A stretch of 64,000 nt of DNA from Phallusia mammillata (taxonomy: Eukaryota), in the NCBI GenBank assembly GCA_965637545.1, contig OZ281497.1, positions 6,014,001 to 6,078,000 on the forward strand, read 5' to 3'. The notes beneath the pieces were generated by a model. It had not been told where the DNA came from. It did no database searches and worked only from the letters and a program-made list of their open reading frames with translations. This document shows positions 1 through 59,017 of the stretch, one piece after another (positions within the stretch are counted from its first letter, which is position 1; every line of letters begins with the position of its first letter). The translations under genes were made by a program, and so were the position numbers.

Positions 1-174
1 AAAATCCTGGTGATTTTCGACCGATGTTGGATGGTACACTAGTCAAACTAATAAATTTTTTGGGGACACTTGGCGTTCTTTTGTGGAACACTGGTGTCCG
101 CGGAACAACGGTTGAAAATCATTGTTGCAAAGTATATCTTCGTTTCTTAACTTAAATGTTTAACTTAATTTCAG

Positions 175-2475
175 TGTTGGAAGGAGAACATAAAAACCTC
201 GGTGAGCGTCGAGATTTTTTTTTGAATATATTATTTGATATGTTGGGTTTGCATACGACATTAATATCATTAAACCTAAAAACTGGGAAAAAAATTGGAT
301 GAATTGCATAATGTAACAATATTTTTTGTTACATTTTGTTGGTTGTAAACTTCTGCTTGCCATAAAATGCCGCAGCCGTGTTTATTTTAAACGCAGCCAT
401 AGATACAGTGGTTGTACATGGGTCAAATTTGTAAACAGTGTCTGAATCTGGTAACGTTGTTGTAGTTTGTAGATTTGTAGTTTGTAGAAAAATATATTCC
501 GTTTCTTTCCAACTGTTTGTTTCACTCCAGAATCCCAACAAGTTAATCCTTTTGTTGCTGTTTTTTCAATTGTTAATCAATTGCTTAGTGTTTTTCCGTA
601 TTATTGTGGGCAAGCTTTGCGGAAGTTAACAGGTGGAATATTTGTTGTCATAGTGAATAATAAACCTAATATCGAAAAAATATTGTATGTTTGTTGAAAC
701 TACATATAAGTTAGTTTGGTTTTGGACTTGCTTTTTAGAATGTGGGGAGCAACATTTTACTTCTTCGTCTGGCAATCTTACGTCACCCGGTTACCCTGGA
801 GATTATCGCAACAACTTGGATTGTGAATACACCATCACTATATCTTCTGGGATGGTAAGTGACAGTAAACCTGATTTACAAAAATGGTGTCCCAAGTACC
901 CTAAAGACTAAAAAGTTGTATGCCAACATAAAATATTTCACTTTGCGTTCACTACAGCATGTTTGGTATATTCATGTAACACATTTTCTGTTTTTTCTGT
1001 AAATGAATTGTAACGACCTTTTCAAAAATTTGATGCACGTTATAACATGTATTGAGTCACATCGACATTTTTTTACTTTGGGTTTTCCAATTTGCTGTGA
1101 TTATCGTAACTGCTCTAAACAGTTTTGTGGTACTAAAAAGACTTTTAGCAGCCTATAGTAGACATATGCTTTAGATTTTTGTACGCTTATATATCTATAA
1201 TAAACCAATTTCTTGACATCAGTAATTTTAAAACAAAAAGGAAGGTATATGGCGGCCGTTGATGAAATAAAAAACTGCTATGCACCCGTTGTAGCAAAAA
1301 GATTGTGCACCCCTGCACTAGATAGTACATATCTATCATGATTTTTATTTACTAAAATCTATGTTCTGCCAAAGCAAACTTACTATGGTTCTACGAAAAT
1401 GATACATTTAAGGTACTAGTGTAAAGTCCCACCAAACTGTTAAGAGGTTAGGGCCAATTTGGCATGGGGAGTTATATAGTTTATTATTTAACAACCATCA
1501 GACATAGGTAACTTCCAAGATTCGTTTTTATTGTATGATTTTTATTTCAATCTTTGCCTTATTTTTAATTTTATGTTTTCATCAACTTTCTAAAAATTGG
1601 TTAATATTTTTTTTACTTTGTCAGGCGATATTGATTGAATTCCTAGATTTTGACGTGGAATTTGCCTCAAACTGTATTTATGACTACTTGGAAGTTTACG
1701 ATGGAATACAATTGGTAAGTGTTTTGTTTTATTAAAAACACATTTGATTAGTTGACAAACATTTCAATAAAAAGTAAAAAGTATTACAACATTTGTGTTT
1801 ATCTTCCATTTATTTGGATCTCTGAGTTTCCGCAGGAAGACTACAGAAAAATTTACAACCCTACCTTTAGTGCGACTGCGATCTATAATCTACTAACCAC
1901 GGTAATTTTGTTAGATATCTGGAAGACTGTGTGGCAATAATCTCCCACCCAACTTTATTGCCTACTCCACAATATTACGCCTTGTGTTTCATACCGATTA
2001 TATCGTAACGTCAACTGGATTTTTTATCTCTTGGACAACATCAAGTGAGTAGTTTTAGCATTTTCTTAACTTACTTGATTTTTATCTATAGTTTGGATGA
2101 CCAGCTCATTGTCTTTTCTTGACTTAAGAAGCGTCTATACCTTTAGATTCCTCTATAATTTACAAGTCTTCAGAGTTTTTAGACGTTGATGGTGCCCGAT
2201 CCTTTGCAAAATATTTGTAGGACCTTTTAACTTTTATCGGAATATTGGCTTGAAATCCGTTTTAGGCAAATATCGTTTGTTTACCACCTTGACAAATGTA
2301 GTGATTAGTGTATGTAAAAGGGCCACGGAAGGCAACCATATTTAGTTGCTTTCGTGGATTATGTTTTTTTTTAAGTGTGGGTATATTAATTTTACATTTT
2401 GTTTAGATTTAACCATGCCAAACACCACCACCAGCGTTCCAACTCCGCCTACTACCGTCAATATTACTGTGCCAG
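175..2475 (+). CDS. 3' portion of an upstream paralog: 27-nt linker microexon, CUB domain and Pro/Thr linker; truncated at about 2970
   Basis: In-phase GT-AG exons 175-201 (VLEGEHKNL), 739-854 (ECGEQHFTSSSGNLTSPGYPGDYRNNLDCEYTI), 1625-1714 (AILIEFLDFDVEFASNCIYDYLEVYDG), 1915-2044 (ISGRLCGNNLPP...FHTD...GFFISW) and 2407-2475 (LTMPNTTTSVPTPPTT). The region is paralogous to about 12170-15290. Confidence 0.85.
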
Positions 2476-2524
2476 GTATATATATATATATATAAAGCAG
2501 AAAAAGTTGCATGAATACATACAC

Positions 2525-2575
2525 CAGGGGTCGGCAACCTTTTCTACAACGGGGGCCGAAAATAATATCAGCAAA
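2525..2575 (+). mobile_element. 5' end fragment of a hAT-type MITE
   Basis: Begins CAGGGGTCGGCAACC, a hAT-like terminus. A degenerate paralogous copy lies at about 14642. No matching 3' end was found. Confidence 0.45.
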
Positions 2576-2996
2576 TTGCGACGGACTGGATTAATTTTCA
2601 CTATTAATTCTGGTTATATCATTTTTCATTTGTTGTGTAACTACAAATTTAAACCAAACTTCAAGCAGTAAAACTGCATTAATGACAATCTTTTCAAAAC
2701 CGGTATGGCAACACTTGAAACATTGCTGAAATGACGATATTTGCGTTCACACGTGTGTAAAGTTGTCTGTAAGATAAAAGCTGGCGATTATAACAGAGCA
2801 AAAATAGTATTATTCCACACAAGTACAGAGATAAAGCGAAGAAAAAAAGCGTTGTTTTCACCTACAATTGTTTTTGTTAGTAGAAACTTATCTGAGAAGC
2901 CCAGATCGCTGTTGGTTCACGCGTTCGGTTTAGTCCGAATCAGGAGCTGCATGCTATTTGTCGTCATAGTATAGTCATGAGGAGCAAACCGTAAAA

Positions 2997-3105
2997 AGTG
3001 ACGTATTTTCGCGTAATAGGGGCTCGCATTTAACCTTTGGAGTAAAATTTTTCCGACAAACGTTGGAAAAAGGGGTTAATTCTACGTTGGCGCTCAAAAT
3101 TTTCC
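2997..3105 (+). promoter_or_regulatory. Putative promoter of gene A with GG-(A/T)n-TTTTCC motifs
   Basis: GGAGTAAAATTTTTCC at 3039-3054 and AAAATTTTCC ending at 3105, with TGACGT just upstream. Homologous to 34940-35050, which precedes exon 1b of gene B. Confidence 0.5.
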
Positions 3106-3199
3106 ACAACTGATATTGTGGCTCATTGCAGTGCAGTGTCTGCAGTTCAAAGCAGTCAGTACTGCAAACTAATTTTTATGCAACGATGTTGAATTTGTG

Positions 3200-26775
<23,576 letters not shown>

Positions 26776-29700
26776 AAATTGATTCCGTGTGTATAAAATG
26801 TAATTCAGAAACGCAGTTGGAATTCTTGTTTATACTTTTTTTCGGTACGGCTTGGATTATACATTTAGTTAGTTTGCTTTTTTAGTTTGTCTTCTAATAG
26901 AAATTGCATATCGCTTCATAATAGTGTTTGTTTTATCTTTAAAACATTTACTTCCAACTGCTTGTGACAACATTATTGACATGAAAAAAGACGAATGTTT
27001 GAAAGGAGTGCACATTATAAAATCTTGCGAAACAAACAGTTTTCCAGTTGCAAGTTCGATGAACCGCTTGTGATTTACAAATCTGCTACCGTTCCCAACT
27101 TCGAAAAACATTGCAATATGAGAGTTTTAGAAGTAATTTGCTGTAGTTGGCATTTATAATGTTCCAGGTTTTTTGATCATTTGGACTCGTTTTTCCCAAA
27201 CAACTCTTTAAGTGATTCCTTTGATGATTTGCCGCTTGTATAAACTTTACAGACTATTGCGCGTGTAAACAATGACAAAGAGCGGCAGAAATGCGGGCGA
27301 GCGGGCGGGCGGACGAATACCTTGTGCCCAAACCAAACTAAAGTCTAAAAATCTCCAATTCGAGCCAAAATGTAACACATATCTTGCGCATAGTTCTAAG
27401 GTTTTAGTTGTGTCTGTGGTGTCACAGACAACAACTCCTTGTTTATCGCTTTCCTAATTCAGCTGAACTAGCTAAAATAAATCCCACATCTTGTTTTCGT
27501 TTGGCTGAGCTATATACATTTAGCCAGGGCTACCACTGAGAATTTTAATATAGGCCTATTTCAAGGTTTGCTAACGAAAAAATTCCAAAACTTGAACAAA
27601 CATCTCAAGATAACAAAAATGAGTTAAATAGACACACTTTTATTTCCAAACACATTGCCTTTGTGCATAATGGACGTTTGTTATTAGAATCAAACATAAT
27701 TCGATTTAAATCCCAACTGGCACTGGCAATATAAATATTCAATCTTTTTTCTCCGGGCCACCTCATACCACACTACGATGCTCAGAATAAGAAAAAGAAA
27801 ACGAGGTTGTACAATAATTTATTTGCGTTACTGACTTAGAAACCGTCCGTTGGCTGCAGCAAAATGCTACAAAGGCTGCAAAATAGCTATAAATCCCAAA
27901 GGATTTTTTCTTTTGTGTTAGGCCCATTATATTTCTTGACACGAGCAAGGTACGAATAGAGGCATTGTTATAACAGCAATGACATCAAAAATATCCCAGT
28001 ACAGGCTTATCTACTAGTTAAAATGGATCTGGTAGTTAAAATGGATCTGGTAAAGCCTGGAACATAAAATTGATTCTCGCCATTTCAAACGATCTGATCA
28101 GCAGCTGATTTTTGTCGGTAGCAATAGTAACAGGTGAAACTAAGACCTTATTTGACGCATAATATCAAAAATCCCAAGGATTTAAAGTTTTTTTCCAAAG
28201 ATTCAAAACTCCGGATTGTTGTAGCTCCGCATTCACCATTACCAATTGATTGAGCTTGGAGCGCAAGTACTTGAACCAAATGCAATGAGACCGAGCATTT
28301 TTAAATTTCTAGTTTCAGTTGGCTGAATTGATCAAGTATAGACGTAAGCACAATATGCGCCTGTTACATATAGTTGAAACATACACATCAAAGCTGGCAG
28401 TCTTCAATGCTATAAATAATGGTTTAAATTGCACAAGATTATTATGTCAAAAAACAACAACATGATTGCGGATCTTCTGTTGTGGTTACTCGTACACTTA
28501 TAGCTAGAGATACGTATGCAAACATTTTTCGTACACTCTAATGGCGATTTACCAAGGTGTACCCATAAATAGGATATAAACATGCCTTCATATCAAATTA
28601 ATTTTAAGAGTAACTTCGGTTACCATGAAGTGCTGCTTCAAGCGCTTGGACTCTGCAGTGGATATGTACTGTAATAACACTTAAGATACTTGCAGTTAGC
28701 ATAGCCGTTAGTATTACTATTACGTTGGTGGAGCCAGCCAAACTGGGACCTAAAAGCTAACCACCCGAATGAGGGAAAAAGGGTGGGGTTCAACAGGGAA
28801 AGAAACCACCAAAAGAAACCTTGGATACTTTCGGGCGCCAAGAAAAGGGTGCAGCATAAACACCGTGACTATATTACACGAGTGTACCACGAAAAACACA
28901 AAAAAGCGTAAAAACAAACAAACAAATAACAAAGAAAACAAAATTAAGTCAATGGGTTGTCGCGTCTGAGGGAGGACTTCAGGATTTCAGGAGTTGATCA
29001 TTTCCTAGCCGATGGCAGCTGTCTGCGGAAACAGGCAAGTTAATGTAATTTTTACTCTACAAAACGTGGTTTTATTTTTATCATTGCGTATATTACCTAC
29101 CCTATTATATCTTATTTGAAAAATTGTGTTTGTTAACATTGGTTTGAAATTGCTCTGGCCAAAAAATACAGGACTGACTGAATTTTAATTCCAAACAGGG
29201 GCGGCTCGTGCTAGGGTGCTGCGGAGCTCTAGATATTTTCACCTAATATTCCTACCACAAAAATACAGATAACTTTCATGATACTCATTTTTTTATTCCT
29301 AAGTATAATTTTTATCAGTATAATTTCCGCCTTGATCGGCATTTTTTTCATTTAAAAAAAAATATGGCATTAATATGTTATCTATGGTGGAACTGCAGCT
29401 CCAGTTTCATGACGAATCGTGACGTTTCATGACGTTTTGCACTTGTGCGCATGCGCACTTGGAAAAGCTACATGCCGAGCGAAATAGGCGACTGGGTGCT
29501 GCGGCTCGCGCAGCTCCACCAATCACGCAGCGTGTGAACTGGCCGCTGTAGTTGTGTTGTCTGTTCCGGGTCTATATTGTGCTCCAAAACCAAACCCGTT
29601 TGCTATATTCTAAGTTCGACAGTGAGTACAATTAAACATTTTTTTGCCGTGTTTTAATTTATTTGTTTGAAGGTTAGTCGTGAATTTTTAAGAAGACTGT

Positions 29701-31393
29701 AAGTGGGCTTCAGTTTTTGCAGTTATCATTGAATTGGAAAGTGTATCTACCACCTTGAAAAAGAGAAAGGTCATCTAACACTTTGAAAAGTCACGATTAA
29801 CATTTATAATAAAAACCTGAATAAAAAGTTAAGAAAGCTGGGATAAAACATCTGCTATTCAAAATATGTCATGCAGGAATAAACAACCACAAGAACTACT
29901 CACACTGTGAAGTTAAATGACTCACTGAAATTCAGGCAATATTAAATGCAGAACAAACAATTGCACAAGCAACAGGAATTTTGAAATACCTTAGTGATGA
30001 CAACACAAGCAACAGGAATTTTGAAATACCTTAGTGATGACAATTTCAAGTTTTGGTTTCTTAACACACCATGTGGACAGTATTTGCAACCAAGTGCAAT
30101 CTTGTGTATTGATATAATGGACATGTTATGTTTCTTTAAACAGTAGCTGCTAAATTGCTTCACAAATGTTTCTTAAGAATGAACATTCTACAGGGGAGAT
30201 AATAGTGACCACCAAACATATCCTGTTGTTAGAAAAGTTACTGAAACTTTTAAAGGAAAAGCCAATCAGCCAGCAATTTCCATGAGTCTCTCAAAGGCAA
30301 AACGGTTCTTGAAAAGGATGTCAACACTGAAAAGGATGCAAACTTTTCTAAGGAACACCATTATTTCCAAAAAGACTTGCACTTGCAGTGATAGCACTAA
30401 ATAGAAAAAAAAAAACAGTTTCTTGGTTATCATTTGGAAATCAAGGAAGAAGCTATGAATTATTTTGCTTAAACTATAGCTTTATGATTGATTTTGGTTG
30501 TAAAATAAAAGCACAAGGTTTAATAATATGTTTTAAGTTTAAGTGAGAGTGTTGTCATTTTCAAAGCTTGCAGAGTTTTGTACTTCAAAAAAGGAATTAT
30601 AAGCTATTTGCCACCAAATAAAGCAGCAAGTTTAGCAGTTAAGAAACTTACAAACAATTAATAGTTGTACACAAAAAATAAAAAAATGTTGAATAAACAA
30701 GTTCTGACACAAAGGTAATGTGGTTGTTGAATTTGTCAATTATGATACAAATAAAAAGCTTTATGGCTATTTTTTTGTGTGGCAATTATAATAATCTGTG
30801 ACGTGTAATGGAATATGTTGAAAATGCTGACTGTGGCTATAAGTTACTTCAATGATACATGACCATATTAATGACTGAATAGCAAGTGTAGTAGTCATTG
30901 TTACAACCAGTTTTACTTAAATGTTGTCCAATTGAAATACTTCGACCTTTTTCGACTCATTTATTAATAATTTTTTTCTTTGTACTGTTGTTTTGTTTTA
31001 CCGTATTTACAACCGCTTTGTTTCGAGTCTGTGTCACATGTTTTTGTGCCACATTATTACTGCATGTTATTGAGTTTGGCCCGTCGCTGTGCAAGTAAAC
31101 AAAATTCCCCAATGATACCGTCTCCTGTTTACACCCGTGTGCATTATTGCGTAACAACCATTACGTCACACTGGAGTTGCTAATTAAGATTTGCATTACT
31201 TGTTTTTCTACACAAACAATGACTAGAAAACTAGAACTGTGGCTTTTCTCTCTATTGGCAACTTATATTTGTCCAATAAAGGCTAAAAATTGGAGCAGCA
31301 CCCCCAGAAATTTTAGGCACGAGCCGCCACTGATTCCAAACACATAACGACCAATGCTAAACAAGATAATTTAAAAGCATTTTTTTGTTGCAG

Positions 31394-31500
31394 TGCGCTG
31401 CAGTGATAATCAGTGTACGTGTTGGGACGGAAGTTGCATAGCGGAAATCCAACATTGCAACCAAGTAAGCGATTGCCCACATGGAGAGGATGAGATTGAG
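31394..31500 (+). pseudogene. Orphan LDLa exon fragment in intergenic DNA
   Basis: ttgcag|RCSDNQCTCWDGSCIAEIQHCNQVSDCPHGEDEIE, cut before the last Cys and the donor. Flanking CUB and protease exons are absent. Confidence 0.8.
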
Positions 31501-32053
31501 ATTCCCGATGGCAACATATGACTGTAAAAGGACTATCATCGGGACATCACAGTCTTCCAACGACATCACAGTTCCAAGGAGCCCGGCGGTGCTTTCGCTT
31601 AGGCGGGTTTCATTTGACCAGCATGACCCGCGGGTTCAACCACAGTTTTATTCACCCAGAAGCACCTCGCCAGGTGAGTTTGGTCGATTGCGATCCTACC
31701 CTCTGCATTCGTAAGGTCAACGGCGAAATGGTAGTTTGCTGTGATGTTATGGACCCGAATGACTAAACTTGTGTATGACCAAGTTATCTAGGTCATAAGT
31801 ATGATACAAAACGGTAAGAATAACACAATAAAAAATACACCACTTTCGGATCGTGAGAATGTGACCTCAGCGGTCGATAATGTTGAGTGAAATGGATAAT
31901 TCACGTTCGGTTCAGTGAACAATTTTAAGGGTGGAATTTACCTTTGAAACTGAAAATGTAAACAGTAAGACACAGTAGTTACCTAATGTATCTCGCTGTT
32001 AGACGTTATTACAGAAAAAACGCGACTAGTACAATGCATTAAATTGTTTGTGT

Positions 32054-32482
32054 CAGAGTTGCAAGTCGGGCCGGGCTTTTCGGGCCGGGTTCGGGTTCGG
32101 GCCGGGTTCGGGCCGGGTTCGGGCTTAGGTATTTGTGAGAAAACGGGCTTAAAACGGGCCTGACTTTAAGTTCCGTGTCCGCCATTTTTTTTTAATAAAA
32201 TCACTCAGCTAAGTAACAAGTCTCTAGCTTTGACCTAATGCCCACTCTACTCTAAAACGTGTTGTTTACCCCATTGTCTACTATTATTTATTGTGTTTGT
32301 TGTCTTTCTCTTTTTTCTTTCTCATCCTTTGTTGCAAGGCTTTTTTGGATAGGCCTGTCAATCAAAATTTCGGGCCTAAACGGGCTTCTCAAAAACGTTT
32401 CGGGTTCGGGCCGGGCTTCGGGCTTATACTTTCGGGTTCGGGCCGGGTTCGGGCTCAGATTTCGGGCCCGCTTGCAACTCTG
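32054..32482. mobile_element. hAT-superfamily MITE with subterminal TTCGGG/CGGG arrays
   Basis: 12-bp TIR CAGAGTTGCAAG/CTTGCAACTCTG and perfect 8-bp TSD GTTTGTGT at 32046-32053 and 32483-32490. Confidence 0.92.
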
Positions 32483-33060
32483 GTTTGTGTATCACTCTCG
32501 TAACAACACGCTTTATTCTATAGCATTTTTTGTGTTATTTTAGACCATAGTGGTGTTTAACTTGTGCGGATAAAAGAAACAGATAGCCACTTTCAAATAC
32601 ACCACTGTTGCATAGTATGATCGCCAACTGAACATTGTACAGAAAAATTTTGCGCATGGTGGCAGCAAAGGTCGCAAACTGCAAAAACCTATGCATAGCA
32701 CTGCCGTAAGCATTATTGTCGTTTTTCTAATACGTCGACTTTCGGCACTTTTTGCGTTCATTTGCGCACACGAATCGAATGCTGTGATGCAATTACAAAA
32801 ATTCCTGCTTAAGCCTACAGCAAGAAGTCACTAGGTTGTTTACAATCGGCGAAGGGCGCTTCATGTGTGTCACGCGCTTTTTGTTACCGCGTGCAAACGT
32901 TGATAGTTACAGTTGGATGTTCAGGAGTTGTCATGTGTTTGGCAATAGAGCTTGCTTAGTTGTCGTACAGCTTATTTGTATTGTTTGCAGTTTATTAGTT
33001 ACAGGAATACAATTTAAACCTTTTTATGTCTTGAACAGCTTTATATCCAACCATCTATAT

Positions 33061-33481
33061 CAGCGGTTCCTAAACTGGGGTCCGCGGTCCTTTAGGGGTC
33101 CGTGAGGCAATTTTGGGGGGACCGCGAAGCGGTTGAAGTAATTCTATAATCTTATTTGACGTCAGTTTGTGCCACTAAATAAGTTTAAATCAAAGTAGAA
33201 TTGAGAATCAACTGTCTCCATTGCTTAACAATAGCTATTATTGAATGACAACTATCAAAAATGTAATTGTTCGCGCACAATTGTAATGCTTTTTGTCTTG
33301 TCTGTGATGTCACAAGCTGTGTTTGGATGACTTTTATGTGCAATTTTGCATCACTAGCTAAAATCCTGAAATCAACTTTCGTTTTTATGAAATACACATT
33401 TAGGCTTAAGGACCGCGAGCCCTCAAAATAATGGCAAAGGGACCGTTTTGAAAAAAATATGAAAAAGTTTGGGAACCGCTG
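33061..33481. mobile_element. hAT-superfamily MITE
   Basis: TIR CAGCGGTTCCTAAACT/AGTTTGGGAACCGCTG, 8-bp TSD ATCTATAT, and an empty paralogous site at about 59725. Confidence 0.92.
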
Positions 33482-34404
33482 ATCTATATGGACGCCAAAG
33501 TTTAACTGTTTGCCTGCATCAAATTATAAGGCAGTCTGAAACAATGTGTTAACAATTGAATACGGGGTTAAGCACAAATCTTCAGCGTGATATCTACTAG
33601 ATGAACTGTGTTGAAAGCCCTCGGGAAGAAATGATGTTTTGCTGCCAAAATTGCGACCCTTTGTGATGACAAACAGAAAAAGGTATTAAAATAAGCTTGT
33701 AGTATGGTTTGGAGTGAAATCAACCTTTACAGTCGCAGTTTTCCTGTGATTACTGTTGTCTACATCAATAAAATACAATGTCCAGTGCTAAAAATCCCAG
33801 GTCAAACAGGATTCCGTTTTAAATTATCCCATTTAACTGTTTCCGTTCGGATTTGAAACAAGTTGTTGCTGTTGCTTTTCTTTAAAAGATAAAAGGAAAG
33901 TGAAGTTTGAATACGTTTGTGTTCATGTAGGCGATGAACTTGTTTTTTTGGATATGAAATGACAACTTAGCATGACACTTTGTAGCGATGCGTGAAAATG
34001 ACGTTTGCTGAGACTTTTGTATCGATTTTTTGCACATTAATAACTCTATGCACTTCAATTTTCCACATTTAGTATGGCGTGTGAGATTTACATAAAAAGT
34101 AAATGTTTGCCACAAAATAATAGAAGAACATGTCTGCCAAAAAAAATAGTGTGATGTGGCTTATAAGATCATAAAAATGTTACTTAATTTCACAAATGGG
34201 GTAATTGCATAAACACGGCAAGTTTTATTCATAACTTCCATTCCCACGAGTCTTATAGGTTGGAACAGTACGTTCGGCAAACATATTTGGTGTCGTCCAA
34301 TTTTTTTTCCGGCCTTACTAATAAAAATCACTAACAAATGTAAGAACATGTAGTAAATTTCCGTCTACTTCGTAGCTGCCTAAATGTGAGTCACGAGACA
34401 CAAA

Positions 34405-34510
34405 GCCGTGACGTATCGCTCGCGTAAAAGGGGGCACGCACAAAGCCTTACAGGTAAAAATTTTCCGACTAAGGGGTAAATTTTCCACGTTGGCGGTTAA
34501 ATTTTTCCAC
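34405..34510 (+). promoter_or_regulatory. Putative promoter 1a of gene B with three GG-(A/T)n-TTCC motifs
   Basis: GGTAAAAATTTTCC 34453-34466, GGGGTAAATTTTCC 34473-34486 and GGTTAAATTTTTCC 34495-34508, with TGACGT upstream. Confidence 0.55.
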
Positions 34511-34623
34511 TTTCGCAAAGCAGTAATACTCCTGACATTGGGAGCGCCCTAATCATTGCAATGTCAGCAGTTCGGCAAGCAGTCATTGCTGCAAACTAAT
34601 TTTATGCAAATAATTTGGGCAAA

Positions 34624-34699
34624 ATGTTTACTTTTGTAATATGTTTGGTTTGCTGTGTTGGAACAACCCTAACCCAACCGGATTTAGTTGAGAATGTCG
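34624..34699 (+). CDS. Gene B alternative signal-peptide exon 1a
   Basis: MFTFVICLVCCVGTTLTQPDLVENV with a phase-1 gtaag donor; near-identical to gene C exon 1. Confidence 0.75.
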
Positions 34700-35135
34700 G
34701 TAAGTTATGTTTCAAACCAGAATTGTTAGAGACACTTTTAAAGGTAGAGAGTATTTAGGGCCGCCAGAAACAATTTTAAATGCGTTAAAAACATATCATA
34801 AAATATATGTTTCAAAACAGTTGTCGTTGGCTTGTAAAGTGTGCCGCAAAACGAAATTTAGGTTTATGAATGCGCCGCATGCTTGAAAAGTTTCATAGCC
34901 ACTAGCTCTCTAAAGCAAGTCATGAGACGCAAACCGTAAAACGTGACATATCTTTGCGTAATGGGGGCTCGCATACAACCGTTCGGGTAAAAATTTTCCG
35001 ACAAACTTTAGAAAAAAGGGTCAATTCTACGTTGGTGCTTAAAATTTTCCACTTCTGACGTTGTGGACGTCCTAATCATTGCAATGTCGGCAGTTTAGCA
35101 AGCAGTCAGTACTGCAAACTAATGTTGATTCAAAG

Positions 35136-57937
<22,802 letters not shown>

Positions 57938-58722
57938 AGAATTATGATGATGTCATCTTTCCAGACATAAGCTGCAATTACATGATAAAGCAAATACTCA
58001 AAACTGCAATATTCTGCACATTCTTAAGGTCGAATTTATGAGACGAACTTTATTTTCAAATGCAATTACCAAACAAGTAAATTCTAATTTCAGCGGACGT
58101 TATCATAAAGAGAATCGAAACTTGTGTGTTTCTTTCGCGTTCGTTTGGGAATTTAAACGATTAATATCGTGCTAAAAGTAAAGATTGCGGTTTGCCTGTT
58201 CTGATTTTATTTAATTGTTCCCCATTTTGATAATGTGTTTCATGTGCTTTTCATATTTAAAAATTGAAGCTATGCTTTTATCTTATTTTGTTCAACTTTT
58301 TGTTTATGCTGGTTTTGCCACTTTGGGAAACACTAGATCGCCTGTCACAAATTTATTTACATTGTGCATGTGCCTTTGTACATTGTGTGTGTACGCAAAT
58401 TGGTAGTGCGTGATTACGGCACAAGTGGCTGATGGCAGCATGCCTGTGACTGCCGTGTCTTTCCTGAGGCGCACGTTTTGTTCTGCACCTTGCAGTGTTT
58501 GTGGCGCCAGTCAGTTCTATTTTGGAAACTGTGGTGTGTGGACCTTGCTTAAGAAAATATATGCTTTGAAACTGACTGACAGCTTCGTGGTATCAGCAGA
58601 AAAGCTCACAAGGTTATTTTCCATAAATCGCGTACAACATAAACGCGACATCGCAGATTATGGAAAAAAATTCAAAATTGGAATAATTCGATTTTGTGAC
58701 TTGCTCTGTTCTCTTATTAGAG

Positions 58723-59017
58723 CAGTGGTTCTCACCTGGGGTGCCAATTAAAATGGTTATGGGTGCCGCGAGATATTAATATTGGAATACTGCGGCCCAT
58801 TATTTATTTTAACTTTTACCCGTTAAGTACGGAAATTATTTATTTCTAACCGAGTTTCAGCGCGCATTAAGTTTCGCGTCTTGCAGTTATTCCCGGCTCC
58901 TTATTGCATACAGTTATTTAATATACAGAAAAAAGTTGACTCAGTTTTGCCAGGGTGCCGCAAACTATTTATCTCTTTGATAGGGTGCCGCAAGGTCAAA
59001 AAGGTAGGGAACCACTG
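58723..59017. mobile_element. hAT-superfamily MITE
   Basis: CAGTGGTTCTCACCT.../...AGGTAGGGAACCACTG, 8-bp TSD TATTAGAG/TACTAGAG and internal GGGTGCCG repeats. Confidence 0.85.

Larger units (their letters stand above)
32540..34720 (+). repeat. Upstream region of gene B, paralogous to the upstream region of gene C (about 59190-60440)
   Basis: Collinear matches, e.g. CACCACTGTTGCATAGTATGATCGCCAACTGAAC at both loci, running through the promoter and exon 1. Confidence 0.88.

Noticed and set aside
28190-28330. Minus-strand stretch reading like a leader plus ECG motif (LHLVQVLALQAQSIGNGECG)
   Set aside because: No in-frame ATG, convincing splice sites or downstream domain.
27990-30045. Small tandem duplications (18 nt at 28015, 40 nt at 29964; also 28 nt at 59571) and (TA)n at 2477
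   Set aside because: Ordinary slippage-type events with no functional context.
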